IMG/VR virus record: IMGVR_UViG_3300028591_000080
Coordinates: 159,745-223,744 of that record
DNA: 64,000 bases
From: a virus
Taxonomy: Duplodnaviria; Heunggongvirae; Uroviricota; Caudoviricetes
Strand: one strand, 5' to 3'
Shown here: positions 1-9,568 of the stretch, in pieces
Layout of the letters: each line of letters starts with the position of its first letter
Numbering within the stretch: the first letter of the stretch is position 1
Translations under genes and position numbers: made by a program
Notes under the pieces: generated by a model
What the model saw: only the letters and a program-made list of their open reading frames with translations
The model's database searches: none
Told to the model about the DNA's origin: nothing

Positions 1-178
1 AAATTATCTTTATAGGCAACTAAAAATAATTAGTTAAATATATCCTAGCATTCGTCTATCATATCTAGAATTGCGTTTTAAGTTTTCCATAAGTGTTTTA
101 TCAAGTCAAAAATAAAACGTTCCTAAAACGTAAAAAATAGAGGCTATCGCTAACCTCTATAATTTATTAATAATTTAT

Positions 179-664
179 TTAATTTCCAAATACTGTTTTA
201 CAGAAGTTAAGACATCTCATTCCATTTGGAGTCCACTTCTTAATTACGAACTCATTAGTTCCGTCGTGATGATAACCATACACTCTTAAGTTTCCAAATC
301 TATCTTCTGTAATTTTAACATAATCGATATCATTGTTTAGTATTTTACCTAAAGCTATTTCTAGATTATCACACTTAACATTATCAATTTTGTGTCTTCC
401 ATTCCAAAGTCCTAAAGTTCCTGTAATTACGACTGGAGTATTTTTCAAATCACTGTAATACCAATTTCCTTCAGGTCCAAAGTCATCTTCATAACAACTA
501 ATATTCCAATCATTTATTCTGTCTCTGATTTGGTCTTCTGTTAAACCTTCCATATCTTCTTCACAACCATCGAAATAATCTTTTATTAATTGTTTCTCTT
601 CTTCGATTGAAAATAAACCTAAGTCCTTATAAATTGTTTTCTCCTTTAAATTTACATGCTTCAT
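179..664 (-). CDS. hypothetical early protein (161 aa)
   Basis: Intact ORF with AGGAGG RBS just upstream and its own promoter at 694-725; no recognisable motif. Confidence 0.55.
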   Translation of the reverse strand: MKHVNLKEKTIYKDLGLFSIEEEKQLIKDYFDGCEEDMEGLTEDQIRDRINDWNISCYEDDFGPEGNWYYSDLKNTPVVITGTLGLWNGRHKIDNVKCDNLEIALGKILNNDIDYVKITEDRFGNLRVYGYHHDGTNEFVIKKWTPNGMRCLNFCKTVFGN

Positions 665-693
665 AATAATATTCCTCCTTTATTATTTACAAG

Positions 694-725
694 TATATTA
701 TACTACACTTTCAGTGATTTGTAAA
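694..725 (-). promoter_or_regulatory. sigma-A-type promoter for 179..664 (minus strand -35 TTTACA at 720-725, 17-bp spacer, -10 TATAAT at 697-702)
   Basis: Hexamers and spacing read directly from the sequence. Confidence 0.5.
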
Positions 726-736
726 TACTTTTTTAA

Positions 737-979
737 TTATTTTTTTAATTTCTTTTTTAATTCTTCTAATGAACCTCTGAAGATTGTTTCTTCTCCATAA
801 CAAGCAGAACCTTTACTAATCTTTAATGTAATGATTGGCTTATCATTTTCATCTAAGTCCATATAACTTACTAATGAACCATTCCAGCTTTGAATACTAG
901 CTCTCATACCAGAGTCTTTTGAACCACATCTTGTAGCTTCACCTCTACAACCTTGTAATGAACCATATAATTTACTCAT
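737..979 (-). CDS. hypothetical small protein (80 aa)
   Basis: ORF with GGAGG RBS; TAA stop. Confidence 0.5.
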   Translation of the reverse strand: MSKLYGSLQGCRGEATRCGSKDSGMRASIQSWNGSLVSYMDLDENDKPIITLKISKGSACYGEETIFRGSLEELKKKLKK

Positions 980-994
980 AATTTATTCCTCCTT

Positions 995-1234
995 TTAAAT
1001 CTGTTCTCCAGTTAAACTAGAAAAGTAAATAGTTTCCTTATCTTCATTCATATCATCAACACAATTGATAATTACATATTCATCATATTGATAAGGTTCT
1101 TGCTCCTTTGTGTTAACATATTCTACTAACCAGCTTCCACTCCACTTAGGCATTTCTTCAACTCTACTATTTAGTTCATCTAGAGTCTTTGATTGTGTTA
1201 AGTATTCCCAACAGTCATTAATATTATTAAACAT
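995..1234 (-). CDS. hypothetical small acidic protein (79 aa)
   Basis: ORF with GGAGG RBS. Confidence 0.5.
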   Translation of the reverse strand: MFNNINDCWEYLTQSKTLDELNSRVEEMPKWSGSWLVEYVNTKEQEPYQYDEYVIINCVDDMNEDKETIYFSSLTGEQI

Positions 1235-1252
1235 ATCTTTCTTCCTCCTTAA

Positions 1253-1456
1253 TTAAATATATCTGTAATAAATAAAACCGCTTCTATCTTTGTATTTTCC
1301 TACTTGCTTGAATGAATATCTATCGATAGAAAAACCGTTCCTATACGCTTCATTTTGGTCCTTCTTATTATCATTATCTAGAACTCTAATTAATTGAAGC
1401 TCTACTAGATTTCCATTTCTATCTGTATAAGATACATCAACTCTAAAATTACTCAT
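1253..1456 (-). CDS. hypothetical small protein (67 aa)
   Basis: ORF with GGAGG RBS at about 1466-1472. Confidence 0.45.
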   Translation of the reverse strand: MSNFRVDVSYTDRNGNLVELQLIRVLDNDNKKDQNEAYRNGFSIDRYSFKQVGKYKDRSGFIYYRYI

Positions 1457-1490
1457 AATTATATTCCTCCACTTATCTTTATCTACTATT

Positions 1491-1529
1491 ATTATATCAA
1501 AAAAAGGTATTTTTGTAAATACCTTTTTG
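1491..1529 (-). promoter_or_regulatory. promoter-in-terminator cassette (hairpin 1502-1529; minus-strand -35 TTTACA 1514-1519 in hairpin loop; 17-bp spacer; -10 TATAAT 1491-1496)
   Basis: Perfect palindrome aaaggtattt/aaataccttt followed by a T-run on the minus strand; hexamers read directly. Confidence 0.55.
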
Positions 1530-1537
1530 TAATTTTT

Positions 1538-1885
1538 TTAATCTAAATTAAATTGTTTTGCATACTTAAATGCATTCTCTATATTTTTACAGAATGTGTC
1601 TAGGTTAAATGCTTTATGCATACTGTCAATATTCTCTTCGCTCCAACCAATATATTCTCCGTCAGCGACTAAATCACTCCAGTCATATTCATAATCACAT
1701 TGTAATGAAGACTTATTGGTAGCCAACTTCGCACACAGTCCAAGTTCATCGCCAAGATTAGACATTACTAAATATATCGACTTACCTTCTCGATTAGTTC
1801 CTAGTTTTTTATAATAACAACCATCAAAATTAAAATTATAATTTTCTTTTAATACATTTTTAACAAATCTTCTAAAACACTCCAT
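1538..1885 (-). CDS. hypothetical protein (115 aa)
   Basis: ORF with TAA stop; start abuts the stop of the 1886..2122 gene. Confidence 0.5.
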   Translation of the reverse strand: MECFRRFVKNVLKENYNFNFDGCYYKKLGTNREGKSIYLVMSNLGDELGLCAKLATNKSSLQCDYEYDWSDLVADGEYIGWSEENIDSMHKAFNLDTFCKNIENAFKYAKQFNLD

Positions 1886-2122
1886 CTACTTGTCCTCCTT
1901 AACAAAATGTTCTGCAATGAATTTAGTACACATCCATACTCCACCATCTTCTCTAAGTTTACCAATAGCATATTCAATATCACCATCAGTTTCTACTCGT
2001 GTAGCATTGACTTTATACTTCTGTCCTTTACGACATACAACTCCCATGTTTGGATGAGTATAACCTTTAACACATACTAATCTTTCTCCAATATTCATAC
2101 CATAAAAATCTTCTTCATACAT
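1886..2122 (-). CDS. hypothetical protein (78 aa)
   Basis: ORF with GGAGG RBS. Confidence 0.5.
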   Translation of the reverse strand: MYEEDFYGMNIGERLVCVKGYTHPNMGVVCRKGQKYKVNATRVETDGDIEYAIGKLREDGGVWMCTKFIAEHFVKEDK

Positions 2123-2135
2123 AATTTTATTCCTC

Positions 2136-2345
2136 CTACTTAGATATAATAACTTCAGCGCCAGAACTTAATCTAAATATATTCTTACCAATATCTCCGG
2201 CTTCTTGGCGGTTTTCTCTAATTACACGCTTTGCGGTAGTTTTAGTTTCACCAGAGTCAATTGCTTCTTCAACCATATAATCTTCATATTCCTTTGAAGA
2301 GATTGGCATTGTCTTTCCTAATACTTGAATAAAATATTTAAACAT
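2136..2345 (-). CDS. hypothetical protein (69 aa)
   Basis: ORF with GGAGG RBS. Confidence 0.45.
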   Translation of the reverse strand: MFKYFIQVLGKTMPISSKEYEDYMVEEAIDSGETKTTAKRVIRENRQEAGDIGKNIFRLSSGAEVIISK

Positions 2346-2378
2346 AATTTAAGTCCTCCTCTATCTATCTTCACTATT

Positions 2379-2418
2379 ATTATATCACAAAAGAGGTATC
2401 TTGTAAATACCTCTTTGA
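2379..2418 (-). promoter_or_regulatory. promoter-in-terminator cassette (-10 at 2379-2384, -35 at 2402-2407, 17-bp spacer; hairpin aaagaggtatc/gatacctcttt)
   Basis: Read directly; same architecture as the other cassettes. Confidence 0.5.
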
Positions 2419-2427
2419 TAATTTTTT

Positions 2428-2754
2428 TTAAATCTCTATTTCGATTGTTTGTTCAGTTATAGTTAAATAAATATCAAGTTTCTGGTCTACATCTTCATTA
2501 TAATATTCAAAACTCTTTTCTAGTCCGTTATCACTTTCATAAGTATAACCATCAACAAAATCATGTTCGTCTTCTAAAAGATTTTCATTCTCTTCAATGA
2601 ATGCATCAAATCTTTCATCCATATATTTCTTTGCATCTTGAACAGTAGTAAATACCTTTGAACTAATATCTAAACAACCTTCATCAAGTCTTTCTTCACC
2701 GTCATAACTAACTTCATTAACTACATAAACTTTAATTTCATTCTTCATAAACAT
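2428..2754 (-). CDS. hypothetical acidic protein (108 aa)
   Basis: ORF with own cassette. Confidence 0.5.
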   Translation of the reverse strand: MFMKNEIKVYVVNEVSYDGEERLDEGCLDISSKVFTTVQDAKKYMDERFDAFIEENENLLEDEHDFVDGYTYESDNGLEKSFEYYNEDVDQKLDIYLTITEQTIEIEI

Positions 2755-2840
2755 TCTTCCTCTCTTTATCTTTATCTACATTAATTATACCACAAAAAAG
2801 GTATTTTGTAAATACCTTTTTAATAAATTTTTTATTTTTT

Positions 2841-3380
2841 TTATAAAGTTTTATATTTAACGACTATGTTATCAAAATATTCAGGGTCGTCTTCAGTTGG
2901 TGCAAACATTAATTCAACTCTTTCATTCTTATGAGTAGGCTTAGTTCTATTAAACTTCTTTAATGCTTCATCAAATGTTTGGAAAACTATTTCATTATAG
3001 TATTCTGTAGTTTCAGTATCATATTTTAACACATACCAATCTTTATCTTGATAACGATCCTCTACTGCGTGGTGAGCGGTTTCCTCTTCATAATTATCGA
3101 GACAATTAATCTCTAGACTTCTTTTAACCATCTTCTCATACTTCTTAAGTATAGTATTTACTAATTTTAGATCTGTCTTAAATTCATCTTCTGAATTATA
3201 TCTTGACTTAACTCCACGAACTTCATCTGTAAATACTGTAGTTATTCTTCCATCAGTTTCATCTTCAATTTCTTTAGTAAGGTTATCCCAACCTTCTTGT
3301 CCTAAAACATAAAACAAATGTTCTAATCTTATAATCTTATTATTATCAAATCTCTTGATACAATTATTCCAAGTTGACAT
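2841..3380 (-). CDS. hypothetical protein (179 aa)
   Basis: ORF with own cassette. Confidence 0.5.
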   Translation of the reverse strand: MSTWNNCIKRFDNNKIIRLEHLFYVLGQEGWDNLTKEIEDETDGRITTVFTDEVRGVKSRYNSEDEFKTDLKLVNTILKKYEKMVKRSLEINCLDNYEEETAHHAVEDRYQDKDWYVLKYDTETTEYYNEIVFQTFDEALKKFNRTKPTHKNERVELMFAPTEDDPEYFDNIVVKYKTL

Positions 3381-3384
3381 ATTA

Positions 3385-3717
3385 CTAATCCTCCAAATTC
3401 TCTTCTGTAATTTCTAATGTATATGAGTTCCAACCTTCAAGATGGCTCCACATATTTAAGTAGGCTTTAGTTGGTGTTAGATCTGTTTCTAGATAACCAT
3501 TATTTTCCTTATCATCTTCATAAGCTTTTAAATCATCTTCATCATCTAAATCATAACCAAGCTCTTCCATAATTTTTTCTTTATATAGGTCCTTAAGGCA
3601 TTCCTCGGCTTTTTCTTTTGAACCATAACAATAAACTTCAGTTCTTATTTCAGTGTCATCGATATGAGCACCTTCACAATTTGTTTCAACTTCTTTTACA
3701 ACGAATATTTTTTTCAT
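3385..3717 (-). CDS. hypothetical acidic protein (110 aa)
   Basis: ORF with GGAGG RBS. Confidence 0.5.
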   Translation of the reverse strand: MKKIFVVKEVETNCEGAHIDDTEIRTEVYCYGSKEKAEECLKDLYKEKIMEELGYDLDDEDDLKAYEDDKENNGYLETDLTPTKAYLNMWSHLEGWNSYTLEITEENLED

Positions 3718-3797
3718 AGATATATTCCTCCTTTATCTATCTTCATTATTATTATATCATAAAAAGGCTACTTTGTAAATAGCCTTTCGATATTTTT

Positions 3798-4388
3798 TTA
3801 AATTTTTTTAGAAATGCTGAAATGCTTTTTTTCTTCTTCTACAAATTCTGCACTGATTGTAGGGTAGCCATCTCCATCTTCATCCCACTCATCAGCAACT
3901 TTAACTAATCTATCTAGATCTTCTTCTTTTAGTTCACCTAATTCATATTCTGCATCCTCAAGATAAGCGTTCTTATAACAAATATTACCATCAACATTAA
4001 CTGAGTTCCACCAACAGTCAAGTAATTTACGTAAAGGCATTGTTTCACCAAGAGTCCAGGTTTTAGTATCTAAATCATAATAACAACCTTGATAATAATC
4101 ATCTCTTAAACCTTTTGTTTTAACCTTAGGCACCTCTTCAACTTCAACATCACCGAATTCTAAATTCTCTAGATATTCTGTAATATGTTGGTTATCATAA
4201 TTACCTACTAAAGTTATTGAAGTATCATTCATAGATCTATCATCAGGGTCGGAACCGTTAGTAAAATAAGCATTTTCTACTTCTTCTAATCCACAACTGA
4301 AAATTCTGATTTTTGTATTTCCACCGTATTCACTCTTAGCAATTTCTAGTCTTTTAATTAATTCATCTATAGTCATATTAGTTTCCAC
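3798..4388 (-). CDS. hypothetical protein (196 aa)
   Basis: ORF with own cassette. Confidence 0.5.
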   Translation of the reverse strand: METNMTIDELIKRLEIAKSEYGGNTKIRIFSCGLEEVENAYFTNGSDPDDRSMNDTSITLVGNYDNQHITEYLENLEFGDVEVEEVPKVKTKGLRDDYYQGCYYDLDTKTWTLGETMPLRKLLDCWWNSVNVDGNICYKNAYLEDAEYELGELKEEDLDRLVKVADEWDEDGDGYPTISAEFVEEEKKHFSISKKI

Positions 4389-4605
4389 CTCTCATTTGTC
4401 TTAACTTATATAATCTTCCTGGAATTACATAACGATGATCGCATTCATCGCAGCATCTAGCATCGATATTGAAAGTTGGTTCACAAACATTTCCATTTTC
4501 ATCTTTCCACATCGCACCAGCAGGGTTATTACCAAAGTAATTTGGACATCCTTCCTTTTTAATCTCATTACCACAAATACAACAGAATAATTTTTCTTTC
4601 TTCAT
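4378..4605 (-). CDS. small Cys-rich (zinc-binding-like) protein (75 aa)
   Basis: CCICGNE...CPNYFG...CCDECDH cysteine clusters; promoter with upstream phased A-tracts. Confidence 0.45.
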   Translation of the reverse strand: MKKEKLFCCICGNEIKKEGCPNYFGNNPAGAMWKDENGNVCEPTFNIDARCCDECDHRYVIPGRLYKLRQMRGGN

Positions 4606-4744
4606 AAAACATATCCTCCTTTGTTTTATCTACTATAATTATACCACAGTTTAATTAATATGTAAATACCTATTTTATATTTTTTTAAACTTTTTTAAGT
4701 TTTTAACTTTTTTAAACTTTTTAAATATCCCAACCAGGTTTATA

Positions 4745-4762
4745 GGTGACTAAAAATTTTTA
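4745..4762. repeat. perfect 18-bp palindrome gactaaaaatttttagtc, member of a 4-copy palindrome family
   Basis: Related copies at about 19-38, 15785-15804 and 16279-16300 (agtactaaaaacttttagtact). Confidence 0.5.
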
Positions 4763-4835
4763 GTCTTATTACTGAACCTAGAATCTCGGAGTCTATGCTT
4801 TAAAAAGTTAAAGTCAAATAAAATAAAAAAGCGAG

Positions 4836-5255
4836 TTATTCACTCGCTAATTCTCTATATGTATATCTATAAACTCCTGAGATTTCAAAGTATTCCTCTA
4901 ATGCACTATCTATCTCATCGTCAATAAGATCTCCAGATTTTAAATTTAGTTCAAATTCAAGAACTTGGTTTTCTACTTTACGTTGTAATTCCTCTTTTTC
5001 TGCTTCTGTATCATATTCGAAGAATGAAGGTTCTACGCTAATATTTCCAACTTGAACTTTAACTTTTCTTTCTTTAATCTCAGTAGTTATATCTGTCATG
5101 TCCATCTGTTTAATTATTGCACCTTCAGAAATTAGTTCTTCTAAAGTCATCTTATGTAATTTTTCTTTTGCCTCTTCTACCGAATTCGCCTCGATTTGAA
5201 GATTGCGAACCCACATTTCTAAATTAAAATCAAATTCTACTATCATAATTTCCAA
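4836..5255 (-). CDS. hypothetical acidic protein (139 aa)
   Basis: ORF; minus-strand terminator hairpin gcgagt/actcgc plus T-run at 4812-4834 immediately after it. Confidence 0.5.
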   Translation of the reverse strand: MEIMIVEFDFNLEMWVRNLQIEANSVEEAKEKLHKMTLEELISEGAIIKQMDMTDITTEIKERKVKVQVGNISVEPSFFEYDTEAEKEELQRKVENQVLEFELNLKSGDLIDDEIDSALEEYFEISGVYRYTYRELASE

Positions 5256-5261
5256 ATCTCC

Positions 5262-5471
5262 TTATTTCTCTTCATCATAACTAAATACACCACCACAATA
5301 CTCATATTGTTCTGTGTTAGTGTTAAATTCCAGTTTTTCAACCCAAGTTTTATCTCCTATATTTTCTTTTGCATATTTAATTGCTCTTTGCTTAGATCCA
5401 CGTCCTGTAAACTCACAACCTACGTTATTTTCGTCTACATCACTATGGACTGCATAAATAATTTGTTTCAT
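5262..5471 (-). CDS. hypothetical protein (69 aa)
   Basis: ORF. Confidence 0.45.
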   Translation of the reverse strand: MKQIIYAVHSDVDENNVGCEFTGRGSKQRAIKYAKENIGDKTWVEKLEFNTNTEQYEYCGGVFSYDEEK

Positions 5472-5484
5472 AACTAATTCTCTC

Positions 5485-5820
5485 CTATCTTTCTAAGAAT
5501 ATTCCTAGTCTGTTTGCAGTATCTTTAGTAATACTTTCAACTTGGTGTTCAACAGTATTTCCACCATATAGAATTACATAAGGGTAAGGGTATTCTTCTC
5601 CTTTTTGCCAGAAGTCTTCATCTCTGTTATCAAAAACTTGGTCTAGCATTGGATCGTTTGAAACATACCAAGGTTTATCTAAGTCCCATTTTGTTCCTTC
5701 CCATTCTCCTAATAAATTATCTACTAAAGCTTGCTTCTGTTCTTTTGTTAGTTCCTTAATTTCATAAGGTCCATTCTTTAATAAATCATTCATAATAAAT
5801 ACCTCCATATCTATCTTCAA
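5485..5820 (-). CDS. hypothetical protein (111 aa)
   Basis: ORF with own cassette. Confidence 0.5.
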   Translation of the reverse strand: MKIDMEVFIMNDLLKNGPYEIKELTKEQKQALVDNLLGEWEGTKWDLDKPWYVSNDPMLDQVFDNRDEDFWQKGEEYPYPYVILYGGNTVEHQVESITKDTANRLGIFLER

Positions 5821-5872
5821 TTATATTTTATCACAAAAAGGAGCTTTTGTAAACTCCTTTTTGCTATTTTTA

Positions 5873-6181
5873 TTATTTATTTTTTAATACACCTAAGTTA
5901 TCTCCACTAAGACGAGCATTCCATACGAATGTGATTATATCATTCTTAGTTCTTAATTTGTTTAGAGTCATTAAGAAACGTTTTGTTCCTGCAGATTTCT
6001 TATCTAAAGGCTTGTCATCCATTGCCATAACTAAATCATGAATGTATGCCTTGAACTGAATTGCATTTACTGCACGATTGTTATACATTTGCTCTATATT
6101 TGCGTTGTTTGCAACTAGCACATTAACAATTGTTCCTTCCTTTTCACTTAAATTAACTCCAAAACTCTTATTATCTAACAT
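5873..6181 (-). CDS. hypothetical protein (102 aa)
   Basis: ORF with own cassette. Confidence 0.5.
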   Translation of the reverse strand: MLDNKSFGVNLSEKEGTIVNVLVANNANIEQMYNNRAVNAIQFKAYIHDLVMAMDDKPLDKKSAGTKRFLMTLNKLRTKNDIITFVWNARLSGDNLGVLKNK

Positions 6182-6263
6182 ATTTAGATACCTCCTATAT
6201 CTTTATCTACTATCATTATACCACAAAAAAGGCATTTTGTAAATACCTTTTTTATATTTTTTA

Positions 6264-6998
6264 TTAAATTTTATAACCTTTTTCTCCAATGATTGGAAGT
6301 TCATATTCTCTAACTAGACTTAATACAAATGAAGTATCATTAATTATATATTTATCATTTAGTCTAGAATGATAACCATTTGGAATATGTTCTCTACCTT
6401 TCTTACTTATATGTAATGAAGCACCAATACTCCATTGTTTTTGGAAACCACCACTAGATAATATTGAAGTATCAACTACGTAAGGATGTGAGTCTGGAAA
6501 TAAACTCTTGAAATAATTTTCTAAGTAATCTGGAATTGCAACTCTTACTGAACAATATTCTCTTAAGAATTTTTCTTCTTCATCCATGTGTTCATAATCG
6601 AATTTATTTAAAGTAGCTTTTAGTTTATTAAAGTTTTCGATATCACGTTCAATTTGTTTTTGACGTTTTGCTTCCATCTTTTCCTTTAATTTTAATTGTT
6701 CAAGTTCTTTAGCTTTCTCTTCTGCAATTCTCTGTTTTTCGATTTTCTCATCTTTTAAAATCTGAGTATAATCATCAGAATATTGCTTTATTAACGTTTT
6801 TGTTTCTGAGTCTGATAATTTATCAAGAATAAGACCTAACGCCATATCTCGAGTATTTCCATTATCTTGAACCAATGTTGCCATCACATAATCAGAACCT
6901 AATCTAGTATTTGTGATAGTTAAACCACCTAAATTTGAATGTTCAACCTTTCTATTTATTAAGTTTCCTAAATTTTTAACTAATTCATCTCTATTCAT
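6264..6998 (-). CDS. hypothetical protein with central coiled coil (244 aa)
   Basis: Lys/Glu-rich heptad-like stretch (EKQRIAEEKAKELEQLKLKEKMEAKRQKQIERD). Confidence 0.5.
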   Translation of the reverse strand: MNRDELVKNLGNLINRKVEHSNLGGLTITNTRLGSDYVMATLVQDNGNTRDMALGLILDKLSDSETKTLIKQYSDDYTQILKDEKIEKQRIAEEKAKELEQLKLKEKMEAKRQKQIERDIENFNKLKATLNKFDYEHMDEEEKFLREYCSVRVAIPDYLENYFKSLFPDSHPYVVDTSILSSGGFQKQWSIGASLHISKKGREHIPNGYHSRLNDKYIINDTSFVLSLVREYELPIIGEKGYKI

Positions 6999-7080
6999 AA
7001 TTTAAATCTCCTTTTCTTTATCTACTATTATTATATAACATTTTTATCTAAAAGTAAATAGTTTTTTAAAAGAATTTTAT

Positions 7081-7344
7081 TTAATTTATTTCAGTTAACT
7101 CTATTCTATTAAAATCAAATGCAACAAGTCGTTCACTAACTGTTCCACCATACTCATTAACGATAATTCCTTCTTCTTTATCTAACCATTCTCCAAAAGT
7201 ATCATCGTCTTCCATATAGTTTTCTACTAAAGCTTTAACTTCAACATCAAAGTATTCTTTAGCTTCATCATAATTGTCAAATACTTCAGTTGTCACATCT
7301 TCAGTTGTATTACAATTAATACATGTTTTTACTAAATACTTCAT
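7081..7344 (-). CDS. hypothetical acidic protein (87 aa)
   Basis: ORF. Confidence 0.45.
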   Translation of the reverse strand: MKYLVKTCINCNTTEDVTTEVFDNYDEAKEYFDVEVKALVENYMEDDDTFGEWLDKEEGIIVNEYGGTVSERLVAFDFNRIELTEIN

Positions 7345-7357
7345 ATTGCTTCCTCCT

Positions 7358-7645
7358 TTATGCTTTATGAATTTTATATTTTAAGTAAGCAGTTCCACCA
7401 TTAGTAAGTTGAACCATAGTTTCACCATGATAAATCTCTTTATCAAAATATCCATATTTAAGAGTTTTATCTACATCATCTTTTAAGATTGCTTTTGCTT
7501 CATCTAAAGAGTCTGTAACTCCAAGAATATCGTCTTGAACATATTCTAATTTACCATCATAATAATTTTTAATCTCAATCTTTAATACTATCCACATAAT
7601 AGGTTCCTCCATATCTTTATCTACTATTATTATACCACAACTCAA
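7358..7645 (-). CDS. hypothetical protein (95 aa)
   Basis: ORF. Confidence 0.45.
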   Translation of the reverse strand: MSCGIIIVDKDMEEPIMWIVLKIEIKNYYDGKLEYVQDDILGVTDSLDEAKAILKDDVDKTLKYGYFDKEIYHGETMVQLTNGGTAYLKYKIHKA

Positions 7646-7671
7646 TCTATTTGTAAATACTTTTTTATAAT

Positions 7672-7712
7672 AAATGCAAAAAAAAAGAAGTCCTAACCGA
7701 ACTGGACTTCTT
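7672..7712 (-). terminator. intrinsic terminator (stem aagaagtcc/ggacttctt, then a 9-nt T-run on the minus strand)
   Basis: Hairpin followed by a T-run, read directly; ends the 7862..8641 transcription unit. Confidence 0.55.
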
Positions 7713-7861
7713 CTTATAGTTTTTACTAATAGTTAGAATGAGATTAGTCTGAATCGCATTTAATAGAAAGGAGGAATTATTGACACTATTAGTCGGGTAT
7801 TATTAAGGAATATTTTAATGAAATAAGTTAAAGTTAACTTACATTATATTATACAATATCT

Positions 7862-8641
7862 TTATACGTTTTTGAAGTTATCTAAGCACATTGGCACTAA
7901 ATTTCCTGTACTATTGCTCTCGATAGTTCCAATGATTTTACCATTAGACATCTTTTGCCATAAGAAGCCAAACTTAGCTTTATTATCAGTCATTGCTGCG
8001 GCTAAGTAGCCAGCATTAACGCATTTAAAGTAAGTTAAGTTATCACACATCCATGTAGCAACTTGTAATTGATAACCTTTTTCAATCTCGATAGCTTTAT
8101 CTGCAGCTCGATATACAGCATGAGGACATAAGTCGTTATCTTCTGAATTATCTGACTCTTGACTAAGTTCTTCTTGTTTAGCTTGAGATTGTGCTTCTTT
8201 CTTTGTTTCTGTATATTCATAGATAGTTTCAATCTCTTCTTCAACTTCACCGCCACGACCGTTCACAAGCTCTAGATCAAACTCCAGTAATTTAAATTTA
8301 GTCTTCTTAGGTATCTTAGGTAGATGTTCTATGTTTCCATCCCAAAACGAAATCGCCTTAATATCAGGTCGATAACTACAATACTCTTTAATAATCTTTG
8401 TTATCTTACCTAATTGCACTGCACTTAAGTTACCCATACCAATTAAATGATACAAGTCAACCATGAGAATATTAGTCTGTTTAACTTTCTCTGCTTTACA
8501 GAATTCTTTTGCTTCTAATGCTTGTTTAAGTGTAATATTTTCGATAGGATGGTCTTCATCTATCATTCCGATGTACTTATAACATAAATTTACACGTTCC
8601 ATTAAAGTATCTTCGATCTTTTGATAGGTTTCTTTATCCAT
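7862..8641 (-). CDS. hypothetical protein (259 aa)
   Basis: ORF; the nested antisense ORF 8035..8256 is ignored. Confidence 0.5.
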   Translation of the reverse strand: MDKETYQKIEDTLMERVNLCYKYIGMIDEDHPIENITLKQALEAKEFCKAEKVKQTNILMVDLYHLIGMGNLSAVQLGKITKIIKEYCSYRPDIKAISFWDGNIEHLPKIPKKTKFKLLEFDLELVNGRGGEVEEEIETIYEYTETKKEAQSQAKQEELSQESDNSEDNDLCPHAVYRAADKAIEIEKGYQLQVATWMCDNLTYFKCVNAGYLAAAMTDNKAKFGFLWQKMSNGKIIGTIESNSTGNLVPMCLDNFKNV

Positions 8642-8721
8642 AATTACTAATTCCTCCTTTCACTCATATTTTTATTACATTATCATTATAACATAAAAAG
8701 GATATTATGTAAATACCCTTT

Positions 8722-9546
8722 TTAAAAACTTATTTTATTATTTGAGTTTACATCAGCTTTAGGTTGAGGTATGGAAACCTGGTTTTGAGGAGATAAACCT
8801 TTGTTAACTCTATTATTATTGTTTTCAAAGTAGTTTCTAACATAACTAAAATCTCTATATCCAGTTTTTACAGCAATTTCTAGAAGTTCTCTTTGAATTT
8901 CTTCTTCTGTTGTGTAATAATTCATTTCATCGATAAACATTTTAATTACTACTTTTGTAAGGAATAAGCCACGAGCATAAACACTTTCAATCCAACCATA
9001 ATATAATTCTAATAAAGTTTCAGGAACGTTCATTTGCTCTCTAACTATTCTTTGAAAATTACTAATTATTACTTGATTCTTTGTTTGTCTTTGTTGAGCC
9101 TTAACCTCTCTTTGTTCTTCTCTCTTAACTGCTTTAACTTCGCGTTCAAGCTTCAATGCAACTTCACGATTTATTTTCTTTACTTCAGCATCTAATTTAA
9201 CTAATTCAGGAACCTTCTCTTTAAACTTTCCTTCTTCATCAATGATTATCTGGTTCATCATTGCAGGACTGATACGAATCAAATTCCTGTTGTTTGGATC
9301 GTACTCTAATACATTAATATTTTTTAGTACCGAATCACAATTATACTGTTGAACAAAAGATAAACCTACTTCGTCCTGAATATATTCTCTGTTTACTGGA
9401 AAATATCCATTCTCGTTGTAGGTTCGTTTGTCGTAAACTCGTTGAAGAATGAACATTAGCTCTGTCCAATACACTGCGTTTTCGGAACCTAATAGTCTTA
9501 CTAAAGCTTTATTGACTATTATATTATCATAAATATCTAAGTTCAT
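8722..9546 (-). CDS. hypothetical protein, possibly DnaD-like replisome organiser (274 aa)
   Basis: Weak resemblance in the C-terminal region (GYRDFSYVRNYF); coiled-coil centre. Confidence 0.3.
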   Translation of the reverse strand: MNLDIYDNIIVNKALVRLLGSENAVYWTELMFILQRVYDKRTYNENGYFPVNREYIQDEVGLSFVQQYNCDSVLKNINVLEYDPNNRNLIRISPAMMNQIIIDEEGKFKEKVPELVKLDAEVKKINREVALKLEREVKAVKREEQREVKAQQRQTKNQVIISNFQRIVREQMNVPETLLELYYGWIESVYARGLFLTKVVIKMFIDEMNYYTTEEEIQRELLEIAVKTGYRDFSYVRNYFENNNNRVNKGLSPQNQVSIPQPKADVNSNNKISF

Positions 9547-9568
9547 TCGAATTCACCTCGTTTTAGGT

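Noticed and set aside
8035-8256. Nested minus-strand ORFs 8035..8256, 38856..39119 and 60824..61015
   Set aside because: They are out-of-frame overlaps inside longer same-strand genes, including the well-conserved pncB, and cannot be real.
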